64,000 nt of DNA. Source: an uncultured Acidobacteriota bacterium (GTDB taxonomy: Bacteria; Acidobacteriota; Terriglobia; UBA7540). The stretch covers positions 672,001-736,000 of the forward strand of contig CAWDSK010000002.1 of the NCBI GenBank assembly GCA_963804995.1. Direction: 5' to 3'. Below, piece by piece: positions 1 to 12,650 of this stretch. Both the position numbers and the translations under genes were made by a program. How positions within the stretch are numbered: the stretch's first letter is position 1; every line of letters begins with the position of its first letter. Below the pieces are notes generated by a model. It had not been told where the DNA came from. It searched no databases and was given only the letters and a program-made list of their open reading frames with translations.

Positions 1-110
1 GGATTCGCCGGACGCAAGCCGCTGGACGAATCGGGCCCCGCGCCGCCCGGCCCCCGGTTGCAATAGAGTTGCGCGGGCCACTGTCACCTCTGAAACGAAT
101 GTGAAACTTC

Positions 111-2226
111 ATGACCACTGAGAAACCCGGTAACGAGCTGGCGCAGGCTGCCAGCGCCTATCTGCGCTCCGCGGCACATCAGCCCGTGCAGTGGCGCGAG
201 TGGTCAGATTCCGCCTTTCGCCAGGCGCGCGAACAGGACAAGCCCATCCTGCTCAACATCGGCGCCGTCTGGTGCCACTGGTGCCACGTGATGGACCGCG
301 AGAGCTACGAAAACACTGAAGTGGCGCGGATCATCAATGCGTCTTTCGTTCCCGTAAAGGTCGATCGCGACGAACGCCCGGATATCGACACGCGCTATCA
401 GACGGCGGTGAGCGCCTTGACTGGCCAGGGCGGATGGCCGCTGACGGCATTTCTTACTCCTGACGGCCGGCCCTTCTACGGGGGAACTTATTTTCCGCCC
501 GAGGACCGCTCCGGCCGCCCGGGCATGAAGCGCCTGCTGGAAGCCATCGCGCACAATTACCAGACGCAGCGTAAGCAGATTCATGAAAGCGCCGCGAAGA
601 TTGCGGAAGCGCTTAGCCAGGTGGAGCAATTCGAGGGAGGCTCGGATGGCGCTAACGAAGAAGTGGTGAAGTCTCTGGTGGAGGACATCGGCGGCATGTT
701 CGACGCGCAGCACGGCGGGTTCGGCACGGCCCCCAAATTCCCCCACCCCAGCGCGCTCGATTTGCTTCTGGATGTTTACGTCCAAACCCGCCAGGAGTGG
801 CTGTTGACCGTTGTCACCACTACGCTTGAGCACATGGGCAGGGGCGGCGTCTACGACCAGATCGGCGGCGGGTTCCACCGCTACTCAGTGGACGAGCGTT
901 GGATCGTGCCCCACTTCGAAAAGATGTCTTATGACAACGCCGGCCTATTGGGAAATTACCTGCGCGCCTTCCAGATTACAGGCAACGCATTTTTCCGCGA
1001 GATTGCTTTGGGGATTCTTTACTTCGTCGAAAATGTACTCTCGCATCCGGAGGTCGGTTTCTACGCCAGCCAGGACGCTGATATCAGCCTTGATGACGAC
1101 GGCGACTACTTCACCTGGACGCGGAGACGAACTGCATGCCGCGCTCGACGAGAAGGAGGCGGAAGTCGCGGCCCTCTACTATCACATCGAAGCCGAAGGG
1201 GAGATGCACCACAACCCCGCGAAGAATGTACTGTTCATCGACCAGCCGCTGGAAGCCATTGCCGCACGCCTGCGGATTGGACGGGACGAAGTCGCGCATA
1301 TTCTGGTCCGTGCGCGGAGGAAGATGCTCGAGGCCCGCTCCCACCGCCTTACGCCCTTCATCGACAAGACGATTTATACGAGTTGGAACGGGATGATGAT
1401 CTCCGCGTTGCTTGAAGCCTACCGCGTGCTGGGCGGGGAGGGCCCGCGCGACAGCGCCCTGGCCACGCTCAATATGCTGGTCGCCAAAGCCTATGACCCC
1501 GCAAAAGGCATGTACCACAGCCTGGCCGACGGCACTCCGCGCGTCGAAGGCTTGCTCGAAGACCAGGTGTTCATGATTGCCGCGCTGCTGGATGGCTTCG
1601 AAATCACGGGAACCGGTTTCTACTTCGAGCGCGCTCTGGAGCTAATGGAAATCACTTTGCGCCGCTTCTGGGATGAGCAAGCCGGGGGATTCTTCGATAC
1701 CGCCCACGACCTTGCCGACCGCCACGGCAGCCTTACCATGCCCCGCAAACCGTTTCAGGATTCACCCACACCCGCCGCCAATGCCGTCGCTATACAAGTC
1801 CTCGATCGACTCGACGTGCTTGCCGACCGCGAGGATTTCGGCGAGAAGGCAGAAGCGACGCTTGCACTCTTCGCATCCAAGGCCGGTCAATACGGTCTGT
1901 TCGCTGCCACCTATGGCCTGGCGCTCGTGCATCACCTGCGCGCGCCGGTGGACGTGGTAGTAGTAGGCCGGGGCGATGACCAGCGCACCCGGGATTTACT
2001 CAATGCGGCGTACGAGGCGCCGCGGGCGGGTAAGCGCGTCTTTGCCTTCGAGCCCGCCACTTTGCAGGAGCGCAGCCTGCCCGCCGGGCTCGCGGCAACG
2101 CTGCCCAATCTGCCCTTTGACGGCGTTCCCGTCGCCTTGGTCTGCGAAGGTTCCGCCTGCCACCCACCCGTCCAAACTCCCGCGGCCTTGCGTGAGTTGC
2201 TTGCCCCAACGTCGAAACCCGATTAG
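111..2226 (+). CDS. Thioredoxin-domain YyaL/SSP411 (DUF255) family protein, apparent 1-nt frameshift near 1123
   Basis: ORF 111..1415 has YLRSAAHQPVQW, WCHWCHVM, VKVDRDERPDID, GGWPLT and PHFEKMSYDNA; the C-terminal half (WNGMMISAL, LEDQ, DSPTPAANA) continues in ORF 811..2226 after one extra base. Confidence 0.88.
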
Positions 2227-2394
2227 GTGCACAGTTCGCCCTGCCGTGTTTGGCTGTGATGGCTAATGGTGTACGGCAAGTTGTGTGCCATCGATTTTGA
2301 CGGTGGTAGCAGGTTGGAAGCACGCTGCCCCGTCTTGCGGAAGGTGCTGCGCGGTTGTACACTGGGGTTTCAGGGTTAGTTCATCAGAGAGTGA

Positions 2395-3799
<1,405 letters not shown>

Positions 3800-4044
3800 G
3801 TATTGCCGCTCGGGCACCACGGGGTTTCTCCGAGCTGCAATCGATCAGGGCTTGATAACAAATTGAATGCGATGCTGGGCAGTGTGTCAGCACCAGTAGG
3901 GGATCACTGTCCAGTCGACTCCGACAGGAGCGGTCCCCTGCTCCAGGGAAGTGGTAACCCTTGTGGTGTATATGCCGTTGTACATGTTAACAATTGAGGA
4001 ATGGGCATAAATTCGTCACATCTATCTCCGGAGGAGGAATTCCA

Positions 4045-5121
4045 ATGAGCCAACCTGTAGCACCTGAAGTTGCCGGAAAACCGCAAGCTGCGGCGGCTGG
4101 GGCAGCCAACCCCTCTGCCGCCATGCCCAACCCGTCCCGGATTTTTCAAACCTGCAACGCTTTCCAACAGAGCGCGGCTTTGAAGGCGGCGATCGACCTA
4201 GATGTTTTCACTGCCATTGGGGATAAGCAGTCCACGGTTGAGCTGATCGCCCAACGCGCGGGCGCGGCCGAGCGCGGCATTCGCATCCTCTGTGATTTCC
4301 TGACGGTGATGGGTTTCCTTACAAAGCATGACGGCCATTACGGGCTTGCGCCAGACGCCGCTGTGTTTCTTGACCGCGGCTCACCAGCTTACATGGGTGG
4401 CGCCGTGCACTTCCTGAACGCGCCGGACTTCGTGAGGGCGTTTGATCACCTGGCCGATGCGGTGCGCAAGGGTGGCACGGTGATGAGTGAAGAAGGAACG
4501 CTGGGCACTGAGAACCCTTTGTGGGTCGAATTCGCCCACTCCATGGCCCCCATGATGATGATGCCTGCAGAGGTCATTGCCAACCTCGTAGGCGCCGGCC
4601 AGGGCGAGAAGTGCCGCGTGCTGGATATCGCCGCCGGCCACGGTCTGTTTGGCATTAACATCGCCCGGCACAATCCGCAAGCCAGAATCGTAGCGCTCGA
4701 CTGGCCGAACGTTCTGGAAGTGGCCAGGAAAAACGCCCGAAAGTCCGGCGTCGAATCCCGCTATGCCACCATCCCTGGCAGCGCCTTTGAAGTCGACCTC
4801 GGCAACGGCTACGACCTTGTTCTGCTCACGAACTTCCTGCACCATTTCGATCCCCCCACCTGTGAAGAGCTCTTGCGCAGGGTGCATGCTGCGCTTCAAC
4901 CTGGCGGCCGCGCGGTGACGCTGGAATTTGTGCCCAACGACGACCGCATCACGCCGCCCGAAGCTGCGACCTTCAGCATGATCATGCTGGGCTCGACACC
5001 CCATGGCGACGCTTACACCTTCGCGGAATTTGAGCGGATGTTCCGCAACGCGGGCTTCACACGCAGCGAGCACTTCCGGCAGCCTCCCTTGCCGGAATCG
5101 GTGATTATTTCGCACAAATAA
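4045..5121 (+). CDS. O-methyltransferase (dimerisation domain plus SAM-binding domain)
   Basis: GGAGGAGG RBS before ATG 4045; ALKAAIDLDVF N-terminal region, VLDIAAGHG SAM motif, NFLHHF. Confidence 0.85.
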   Translation: MSQPVAPEVAGKPQAAAAGAANPSAAMPNPSRIFQTCNAFQQSAALKAAIDLDVFTAIGDKQSTVELIAQRAGAAERGIRILCDFLTVMGFLTKHDGHYGLAPDAAVFLDRGSPAYMGGAVHFLNAPDFVRAFDHLADAVRKGGTVMSEEGTLGTENPLWVEFAHSMAPMMMMPAEVIANLVGAGQGEKCRVLDIAAGHGLFGINIARHNPQARIVALDWPNVLEVARKNARKSGVESRYATIPGSAFEVDLGNGYDLVLLTNFLHHFDPPTCEELLRRVHAALQPGGRAVTLEFVPNDDRITPPEAATFSMIMLGSTPHGDAYTFAEFERMFRNAGFTRSEHFRQPPLPESVIISHK

Positions 5122-5211
5122 TGCCGACGCAGAGTATCGTTGATTCGCAGGCCGGCGACGACTCGGCGGCTTGGCGATATAATTGTACACGCTGCGATCA
5201 TTGCATTGACC

Positions 5212-5913
5212 ATGCCGGACCAAGCGCCAGAACAGCAACTTCGCGAGGAATTCAATCGTTGGGCCGAGGAGGGCCGCGGCGAAGGGATGGAAGAGCATCA
5301 CCTTCCCATCGTCCGACCCACGCTCGCGCTCATGGCTATTGAACCTGGGGATTCGGTTCTCGACCTCGGCTGCGGAACGGGCTGGCTGGCCCGAATGCTG
5401 GCTGCGAGCGTGCCGGGCGGCCAAGTGGTTGGCATCGACGTGTCTGATGAGATGGTCCATCGCGCACACTCCGCAAGCGTGAGCTTCCCCAATCTCAGAT
5501 TCCTCGAAGGTACGGCGGAGAAGATACCTGTGCCCGCCAGCTCCTTCCACAAGGTTATCTCCGTTGAGTCCGCCTACTACTGGCAAGAGCCCGCGCGCGG
5601 CATTGCTGAGATCTTTCGTGTCTTGCGCCCGGGTGGCACGGCCTGGATTTTGATCAACTACTATCGCGACAACCCCCACTGCCACCAGTGGGGTGCACAT
5701 TACCTGACGCCGGCACATTTGCTTTGGGCTGACGAATGGGCGAATTATTTCCGCCAGTCAGGATTTGTGGAGGTAGCACACAGGCGGATCCTGGATCTTT
5801 CACCGACACCCGAGGTTTACACCGGCCAGTGGTTCCGCGACGCTGACCAGTTGCGGCAATTCAAGGCTGAGGGCGCATTATTGATCTCAGGTGGGAAGCC
5901 GCCCCGAGTTTAG
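5212..5913 (+). CDS. Class I SAM-dependent methyltransferase
   Basis: VLDLGCGTGW, GIDVSDEM, EIFRVLRPGG motifs; start chosen at ATG 5212. Confidence 0.85.
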   Translation: MPDQAPEQQLREEFNRWAEEGRGEGMEEHHLPIVRPTLALMAIEPGDSVLDLGCGTGWLARMLAASVPGGQVVGIDVSDEMVHRAHSASVSFPNLRFLEGTAEKIPVPASSFHKVISVESAYYWQEPARGIAEIFRVLRPGGTAWILINYYRDNPHCHQWGAHYLTPAHLLWADEWANYFRQSGFVEVAHRRILDLSPTPEVYTGQWFRDADQLRQFKAEGALLISGGKPPRV

Positions 5914-6034
5914 CTTCCACCCGTTCAGCAGCTTTGAGCACCGGTCATTTGTAGCTATAATCTCTCTGGATTCTCCGAACATCTAAGGCGGGCCAGCAGG
6001 ACATTCCAACACGCTGAGAATCCCACGAAAAGCT

Positions 6035-7831
6035 TTGACTTTAGGAGAGCTCTTGCTCGAACAGTGGAACCAGCGGCTTAAAAATCATCCGCGCCTGGCC
6101 GGCGGATTCTTGTTTCTCACCACCTATGTGGTCTTTTGCGGCACACTTTCCAATCTGTTTGTTCACGACGACATTCCCCAGATTCTCGAGAACCCTTTCC
6201 TAAGGAACCGCGGCCTCTGGACTCGCATCTTCACGGGATCCGTGTGGTCGTTCCGAGGGCCGGCGCAGCACGACAACATGTATCGGCCCCTGCAGTTCAT
6301 CACATATTGGGCCTTGTACCGTCTGAATGGTCCCAATCCCATTGTTTTCCACCTTTTCCTCTTGCTTTTCTACGCCGCCTCAGTGTGGTTGGTTTTCCGT
6401 CTGGCATGCCACCTGTTACCGAACTCTCTCGTGGCTTTTGTCGGGGCTTTGCTCTGGGCGTTGCACCCCTTGCATGTGGAAACCGCCGCGTGGATTTCAG
6501 CTCTCCCTGATCTTGGCTCGGCGTTCTTTTATTTGCTCGGCTTTCTGCTCTTCATACGCGCTGAAGGATCGGAAGACCGGCCGGTTAGCCACCACCTACT
6601 TGCCGCTGCCGGCTTCTTTCCAGCGTTGTTTTTCAAAGAAATGGCGCTTAGCTTCCCCCTACTCATCCTGGTTTATTGGTTCTTCTTTCCCGGGAAATAT
6701 TCCTGGAAGAGGAAGGTTCTTCACTGGATGATTTACGCGGCTGCCGTGGCGGTTTACATGGCCATCCGCATCGCGGTACTGGGGCGCTTTTCGGAAGCAC
6801 CGCATTTGTTTCAGGCTTCCCGGCACATGGGGGCCGTAGCCGTCGGCCTGTTGGGCCAGCAGACCAAGCTTTTCTTTTGGCCCGTTCACCTTTCGCTATT
6901 TCGTTCGTTTGACTTGGTGACAAGCTTGCATTCGCCGTGGCCCGTTATCACTCTCCTGGGGCTTGTGGCTGCGCTTTTCCTGCGCAAGCGTGAGCCCCTG
7001 CTGGGGTTTCTGGTTGTCTGGTGGGGAGTAACACTTCTCCCCTGCCTGGACGTTCGTCAGGTGAATCTGCCGGTGGCTGACCGCTTTTCGTTTCTGCCCA
7101 CCGTGGGTCTTTGCCTGGCCCTCGCATGGGTCGCCTTGGATTGGTTACCCCGTCACGTGGCGCATCCTCGAACTGCTCCCGCCCTGGGTATGGCACTCGT
7201 GACTCTGATGGCCCTGTGGATTGTCCAGGACGTGCGTTCGGTCGCCCGCTGGCACGATAATGTAACGATCTGGGATCAGGCCTACGTGGCCTCACCCAAC
7301 TCCGCGCTGGCCCACATGCTGCACGGTGTAGTGCTGCAGCAGAGGGATGGGAAACTGGACGAGGCCGCGCAGGAATATCGGCTAGCCATCAAACTCAATC
7401 TGGCCAGCGAACGACCGCTCCCCGGGGTGACCTCCGACTGCTACGTGTTGCTCGGCCATGTTGCCAACGCCCAGGATCACGTGGACGAAGCCGTGAATGA
7501 CTTCAACCAGGCACTCCGGGTGGTACCCGGCAACAGCCTCGCCTACAAGGCCCTGGGCATCATCTATTTCCCGCGCGGCAACTATGCCCAGGCGAAGGTG
7601 TATTTTGAGAAGGCCGTGGCGCTGGATCCTCAAGAGCTGGAGACTCGCTTTTATCTCGGAAGTTGTTATTTGAAGCTCGGGGAGCCGCGCGAGGCCGCAC
7701 TGCAATTTCACGCCGCGCGCGAAGCCGACTCGACTTATATTCAAGCTTTCGAGGCAGAGGCACGCGCGCTGGATGCGGCGGGCGACACGGCGGAGGCTGC
7801 CCGCGTCCGGGCACTGATCAAGAAACCCTGA
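6035..7831 (+). CDS. TMTC-like GT-C fold membrane protein with C-terminal TPRs (putative protein glycosyltransferase)
   Basis: FVHDD..QILENP, YRPL, LWALHPLHVE, FFKE and ADRF.FLP motifs; many hydrophobic segments; TPR-like tail. Confidence 0.75.
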   Translation: MTLGELLLEQWNQRLKNHPRLAGGFLFLTTYVVFCGTLSNLFVHDDIPQILENPFLRNRGLWTRIFTGSVWSFRGPAQHDNMYRPLQFITYWALYRLNGPNPIVFHLFLLLFYAASVWLVFRLACHLLPNSLVAFVGALLWALHPLHVETAAWISALPDLGSAFFYLLGFLLFIRAEGSEDRPVSHHLLAAAGFFPALFFKEMALSFPLLILVYWFFFPGKYSWKRKVLHWMIYAAAVAVYMAIRIAVLGRFSEAPHLFQASRHMGAVAVGLLGQQTKLFFWPVHLSLFRSFDLVTSLHSPWPVITLLGLVAALFLRKREPLLGFLVVWWGVTLLPCLDVRQVNLPVADRFSFLPTVGLCLALAWVALDWLPRHVAHPRTAPALGMALVTLMALWIVQDVRSVARWHDNVTIWDQAYVASPNSALAHMLHGVVLQQRDGKLDEAAQEYRLAIKLNLASERPLPGVTSDCYVLLGHVANAQDHVDEAVNDFNQALRVVPGNSLAYKALGIIYFPRGNYAQAKVYFEKAVALDPQELETRFYLGSCYLKLGEPREAALQFHAAREADSTYIQAFEAEARALDAAGDTAEAARVRALIKKP

Positions 7832-7947
7832 CGGGGCCGGGGGAATGCCAGCAGCGAGAGAGGCGGAATCCTCTGCTCTGCGTCGATGACAAAGGCATGT
7901 GGATTATTCCAGGGGTGGGCCCTCAGATTTCACAGGGGAGTTAAACA

Positions 7948-9729
7948 TTGTTGACCCATCTGAATGATCTGCTTAAGAAGTATCACACCATAGGCAGTTG
8001 GCTGCTGATCCTGGTGGCATTCGCTTCTTACCGGGGAGTTTTGACTTGCGGGTTTGTTTTTGACGACGTTGAACAGATCCTGCAAAACCCCTACGTCAAG
8101 AATCCGCGCCTTTGGAAACAGATTTTCCTGGGGCCGGTGTGGGCATTCGTGGGGCGTGGTGCGCAGACCAGTTTTTACAGGCCGCTGCACATTTTTTCCT
8201 ATTGGCTCGTCTGCCGGGTAGCCGGCTTTTATCCCGGCGCGTATCACTTGTTCCAGCTCGTCCTCTACGCAATCAGCATTTGGATCGTGTACCGGATTGG
8301 CCGTAAGATCCTTCAGAACGAAGTGGCAGCGTTTGCCGGCGCCTTGCTCTGGACGTTGCACCCGCTGCATGTTGAGGCGGTTGCATGGATCGCCTCGATT
8401 CCCGACATCGGGTGCACGCTTTTCTGTTTGCTGGGGTTCTGGTTCTTCCTGCGAGCTGAGGATCACTCGCCGGCGAGCTTCCGATGGCACGCTTTGGCCG
8501 CGGCCGCCTATTTCCCAGCACTGTTCTTCAAGGAGGTGGCGTTCAGTTTCCCCCTTCTCCTGCTGGCTTACTGGTTCTGCTTTTCATCTGCGGAGCACTG
8601 GTTCCGGAGGGCGCTCCACTGGCTTCCCTATGTGGCGGCGGCCGCAGTCTGCGCGGTTATCCGCGTAGTCTTGATGGGCCACTTTTCTGAAAACTCCCCT
8701 CTCCAGGAATTCAAATTACAGGTGGCCTGGGCGGCGGTGGGTTTGCTGGGCCAGCATGCGAAGCTTTTTTTCTGGCCCGTTAACCTGAGCGAATTCCGCG
8801 TTTTTGATCTCGCGGCCAGCGTGCGTTCACCCTGGCCCTGGGCAGCGCTGCTGGTTCTGGCTGTCGCGTGCGTGTGGCGCCACCGCGAACCCCGCTTGAG
8901 CTTCCTGGTACTCTGGTGGGGCGTCACGATCCTGCCCTGCCTCAACTATCTGCACCTCAGTGTCCCGCTGGTTGCCGATCGATTTTCCTATCTGCCCTCC
9001 GTGGGTCTTTGTCTGGCGCTCGGATATCTGGTCTTCGGCTGGTTGCCGCGGCACCTTCCGGATGTGCGTCTCGACCGCGTGGCCGTCGCTGGACTGGCAG
9101 TCGTGGCAGCACTCTGGGCGGTCCAAACCGTGCGTGCTATTCCTCGCTGGCGCGACAATGATGCGCTGTTTGATTATTCGCTCCTTGTCTCGCCCAATGC
9201 CGCCCTGGTACACGTCTCGCATGGCGTGGTCCTGCAAATGCGGGAGAACGACTTCAATGGCGCCGCCCGCGAATTCCGCACCGCCTTGCGGCTGAATGCC
9301 GAAAGCTTCCGGCCTCTTCCCGTAGTGACTTACAACTCCTACATCGGCTTGGGCCAGGTCGCCCTGATTCAGGGCCGCGAGGCGGAGGCCATCGACTACT
9401 TTAACAAGGCGATCCACATGATGCGGAATTTTAACTTTGGCTACGACGTGTTCGGCTCTGTCTATTTTCCACGTGGAGACTACGCGCGTGCCGCGGGATA
9501 CTTCGAGCAGGCAGTCCACGCAAACCCCCAGGACGTGGTAGCGAGGTTCTATCTTGGATCCTGTTGGATGAAGCTCGGAAAGCCCGCCGAAGCGGCAGAA
9601 CAATTCCACGCGGCAAGGGAAGTGGATCCCACTTATTACCAGGCCTACGGGGCCGAGGCCCGAGCCCTGGAAGCGTCGGGTGACAAAGCCGGTGCGGCAC
9701 GCGTGCGCAGTCTGAAACCGCCGGAGTAG
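7948..9729 (+). CDS. TMTC-like GT-C fold membrane protein with C-terminal TPRs, paralog of 6035..7831
   Basis: FVFDD..QILQNP, YRPL, LWTLHPLHVE, FFKE, ADRFSYLP; collinear similarity with the upstream gene over its whole length. Confidence 0.75.
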   Translation: MLTHLNDLLKKYHTIGSWLLILVAFASYRGVLTCGFVFDDVEQILQNPYVKNPRLWKQIFLGPVWAFVGRGAQTSFYRPLHIFSYWLVCRVAGFYPGAYHLFQLVLYAISIWIVYRIGRKILQNEVAAFAGALLWTLHPLHVEAVAWIASIPDIGCTLFCLLGFWFFLRAEDHSPASFRWHALAAAAYFPALFFKEVAFSFPLLLLAYWFCFSSAEHWFRRALHWLPYVAAAAVCAVIRVVLMGHFSENSPLQEFKLQVAWAAVGLLGQHAKLFFWPVNLSEFRVFDLAASVRSPWPWAALLVLAVACVWRHREPRLSFLVLWWGVTILPCLNYLHLSVPLVADRFSYLPSVGLCLALGYLVFGWLPRHLPDVRLDRVAVAGLAVVAALWAVQTVRAIPRWRDNDALFDYSLLVSPNAALVHVSHGVVLQMRENDFNGAAREFRTALRLNAESFRPLPVVTYNSYIGLGQVALIQGREAEAIDYFNKAIHMMRNFNFGYDVFGSVYFPRGDYARAAGYFEQAVHANPQDVVARFYLGSCWMKLGKPAEAAEQFHAAREVDPTYYQAYGAEARALEASGDKAGAARVRSLKPPE

Positions 9730-9919
9730 GTTTTCACCGTCATCCCCTGTGCGCCACACTCATTGAATCGCGATACGCACACCAGAGCTTGGAACCTGGT
9801 TCGCTATTTCGGCGTCGGGAATTGTTGCGAACCTGCGATAGCCTCGGGGTATAATGAGTTGTTACCACAGGGTTTCCAGCACGATCATCAGGCATTCGCG
9901 CAGGGCATGAGGATGAAGC

Positions 9920-10495
9920 ATGGGATTTATTGAGAACCGGTTCGAAAGAAATTTCATCATCACCTCCGTGGACTATCTATTTAACTGGGCGCGCAAGTCC
10001 TCCCTCTGGCCGTTGACTTTCGGGCTGGCGTGCTGCGCGATTGAGATGATTGCTTCCACCACCTCGCGCTTTGACATGGCGCGGTTCGGCGCCGAAGTCT
10101 TCCGCCCCAGCCCACGCCAAGCCGATCTGATGATCGTCGCCGGGACCGTAACGCTGAAGATGTCGCCGGTGGTAAAGCGCATCTGGGAGCAGATGCCCGA
10201 TCCGAAGTGGTGTATTTCCATGGGCGCGTGTTCGAGTGTGGGGGGGCCGTTCAACACCTACGCCGTACTGCAAGGGGTGGACAAGATCGTTCCCGTGGAT
10301 GTTTACGTCGTGGGCTGCCCGCCGCGCCCCGAAAACCTCTTTTATGCTCTCCTCAAGTTGCAGGAAAAGATCGATAGCATGACGCTGGGGAAACGGCCCA
10401 CGGAAGTCCGCCTGGACGAAAGCATGATCGAGGACTTCAAAAAATCCATCCGCATCGGGAAGGCGGGAACTCCGGAACTGGTCCAGATCGGCTGA
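9920..10495 (+). CDS. nuoB: NADH-quinone oxidoreductase subunit B
   Basis: [34 protein letters not shown] and [14 protein letters not shown] motifs. Confidence 0.95.
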   Translation: MGFIENRFERNFIITSVDYLFNWARKSSLWPLTFGLACCAIEMIASTTSRFDMARFGAEVFRPSPRQADLMIVAGTVTLKMSPVVKRIWEQMPDPKWCISMGACSSVGGPFNTYAVLQGVDKIVPVDVYVVGCPPRPENLFYALLKLQEKIDSMTLGKRPTEVRLDESMIEDFKKSIRIGKAGTPELVQIG

Positions 10496-10507
10496 GCCGG
10501 CCTTTTC

Positions 10508-10592
10508 ATTTTGGATTTTCGATTTTGGATTGAGGGGTGTGCCTCCCTGTTGCGATTCTTCAATCCAAAATCTAAATTCCAAAATCCAAAAT
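10508..10592. repeat. Inverted arrays of heptamer repeats (ATTTTGG / CCAAAAT)
   Basis: ATTTTGGATTTTCGATTTTGGATTGA ... TCAATCCAAAATCTAAATTCCAAAATCCAAAAT, able to form a long hairpin after nuoB. Confidence 0.75.
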
Positions 10593-10628
10593 GCACGATA
10601 TTCCGCATCGAGAACCGGGGAGAAACCT

Positions 10629-10934
10629 ATAGCGGAGTTTGTGAAAGTTGCCAGCCTGTCGGAGTTGAAGCCGGGCGCGGCGATGACCGTGGAAGTAAAT
10701 GGGAAGGCCATCGCTCTCTACAATGTGGGGGGAAACATTTACGCCACAGACAACACTTGTCTCCACCAGGGCGGACCGCTCGGCGAAGGCATCCTGGAGG
10801 GCGAAATCATCATCTGCCCCTGGCACATGTGGGAGTACAACGTTTGCACGGGTGAGAAAGTAGGCTTCAGTTCCATCAAGCTCGCGACGTATGCCGTTGA
10901 GGTCGAGGGCACCGATATCAAAGTGGCGGTTTAG
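10629..10934 (+). CDS. Rieske [2Fe-2S] ferredoxin
   Basis: CLH...CPWH Rieske motifs; the expected N-terminus (M)AEFVKVA begins at an ATA codon behind GGGGAG. Confidence 0.88.
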   Translation: MAEFVKVASLSELKPGAAMTVEVNGKAIALYNVGGNIYATDNTCLHQGGPLGEGILEGEIIICPWHMWEYNVCTGEKVGFSSIKLATYAVEVEGTDIKVAV

Positions 10935-10975
10935 CCTGCCCTGTCGTGATAATGCAATCACCCGTGGGAGGTCCT

Positions 10976-11269
10976 ATGCGTCGGGGAATCTGTGCTTGGT
11001 TCAGGTGCCTGCCGATCGTCATCGGCATGTCCGTAATTTTGGCGGCCGCCGAATCGCCCGATCTTCCCGCGGCACTTGTCCGTGGTATCCGCGAGGGCCA
11101 GGTGAAGATAATTGACCTGACGTATGCACTTGAGAACCTCGCCAATCTGGAGCAGTTGCCCGCCGCCGGCGCCGTCCTGATGACCCTTCCCATGAAGCTG
11201 CGGGGCGGCTCAGGAGGCCCGGCGCGCGTGGTCGCATTCGTGCCAGTAGCAGCCGCAGGCCGGCGTTAA
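10976..11269 (+). pseudogene. Cyclase/kynurenine formamidase family remnant with internal deletion
   Basis: Signal-like N-terminus and IIDLTY motif join directly to the family C-terminal LENLANLEQLP..GA...LPMKL.GGSGGP.RV; the central HxGTHxDxPxH region is absent. Confidence 0.65.
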
Positions 11270-11275
11270 TTCCCT

Positions 11276-12152
11276 ATGCCAGAACTTCCCGAAGTCGAAA
11301 CCGTCGCACAAGGTCTCAAGAGGCACGCGGTGGGACGCCGCATTACGGCCGTTGTGGTGCGTCACTCCGCGGTCATCGTGGGGTCGCCAGAGGAATTTGC
11401 TTCTACCCTCGAAGGCAGAAAGGTGCTGAGGGTCTCGCGCAAGGGCAAGGCGCTGGCCCTCGAACTCTCCGGGGAGGACGGGTCTGCGGCACGCTTCCTC
11501 CTGGTACGCCTGGGGATGACGGGGCAGTTCACCGTTGCGCCGCGTGAGGCGCCCATCGAGCTGCACACGCACGTGCACCTCACGCTGGACGATGGCCGCG
11601 AGGAACTGCGGTATCGCGACGTTCCGGCGCTTCGGCAGGCTTAGATCCTGCACGCGGGAAGAGTTGGAAGCAGTCCTGGGTGCGCTCGGGCCGGATGCGC
11701 AGCGCATGACTGAACCTCAATTCTTGTCGGCGATGCGGGGCCGCAGCGGCGCGATCAAAAGCTGGTTGATGAACCAGAACTTACTGGCTGGCCTGGGAAA
11801 CATCTACGCCGACGAAGCCTTGTTCGAAGCTCGCATCCATCCCCTTGCCCAACCCGGACGCGTTTCTTCGGAGAAGGCCCACCGGCTCTACAAGGCGGTC
11901 CGCAGAGTGTTGGACCGCGCCGTGCAACTGGGTGGTACAACTTTCAGCGACTACATGGACGTTGAGGGGCGGCCGGGCGCGTTCCTGAAGAAATTGCGCG
12001 TCTATCAACACACCGGCGAGCCCTGCCGGCGCTGTGGCCATGCCATCCGCCGCCTGGTGATTGCTGGACGCAGCAGCCACTTCTGCCCGCACTGCCAGCC
12101 GCGACCCCGGGTAACGGCCGGAAGGCGCGGACCGCGCAAACTGCGCGCCTGA
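11276..12152 (+). CDS. mutM: Formamidopyrimidine-DNA glycosylase (Fpg), apparent 1-nt frameshift near 11623
   Basis: MPELPEVET start, RKGK, LGMTG, RRFG, GLGNIYADE and C-terminal CRRC...CPHCQ zinc finger. Confidence 0.93.
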
Positions 12153-12257
12153 CCTCACACAAGCAAAACATGGAGTGCATGATAGGGAATAGTCGGGAAG
12201 GTGCCGAATCCATGGACCTACGGCCCCGCCCTTCGTCACATTAGTGAGAAATCCTGA

Positions 12258-12650
12258 CTAGTGGCTTGCCTGGGGTGCGTCAGGAGCGGCGGGAGGCGAG
12301 GTTGGTTGAGCAGGCGTGGCCCCACCATGGGGGGCGCCCATACCTCCGGGGGATGAGCTCGATTCGACCTGCCATTGGTCACCCACTCTTCGCAGCACGT
12401 ATTGTCTTGGCACGGCGAGGTCCGGCGATTGCTTGCTCCGGAACTTCACGTCGGCATTCGCTCGGTCACCCTCATATTTGACGTCCCCGACTTCCACCGA
12501 CATGTTGTTAAGCAAGACATTCGACTGCTTCTGGAGGTGTTTTTCGATCGCCTCCTGAATAGCAGCTTTCGATTGGCCTCCACGGAACTTATTGCACCCG
12601 CCCAAGACCAGGGCTACCCCCAAAAGACAAAACAAACCAGCACGCATCAT
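12258..12650 (-). CDS. Hypothetical lipoprotein
   Basis: Hydrophobic signal ending in lipobox-like VLGGC, GGAGG RBS, Pro/Ala-rich tail. Confidence 0.7.
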   Translation of the reverse strand: MMRAGLFCLLGVALVLGGCNKFRGGQSKAAIQEAIEKHLQKQSNVLLNNMSVEVGDVKYEGDRANADVKFRSKQSPDLAVPRQYVLRRVGDQWQVESSSSPGGMGAPHGGATPAQPTSPPAAPDAPQASH

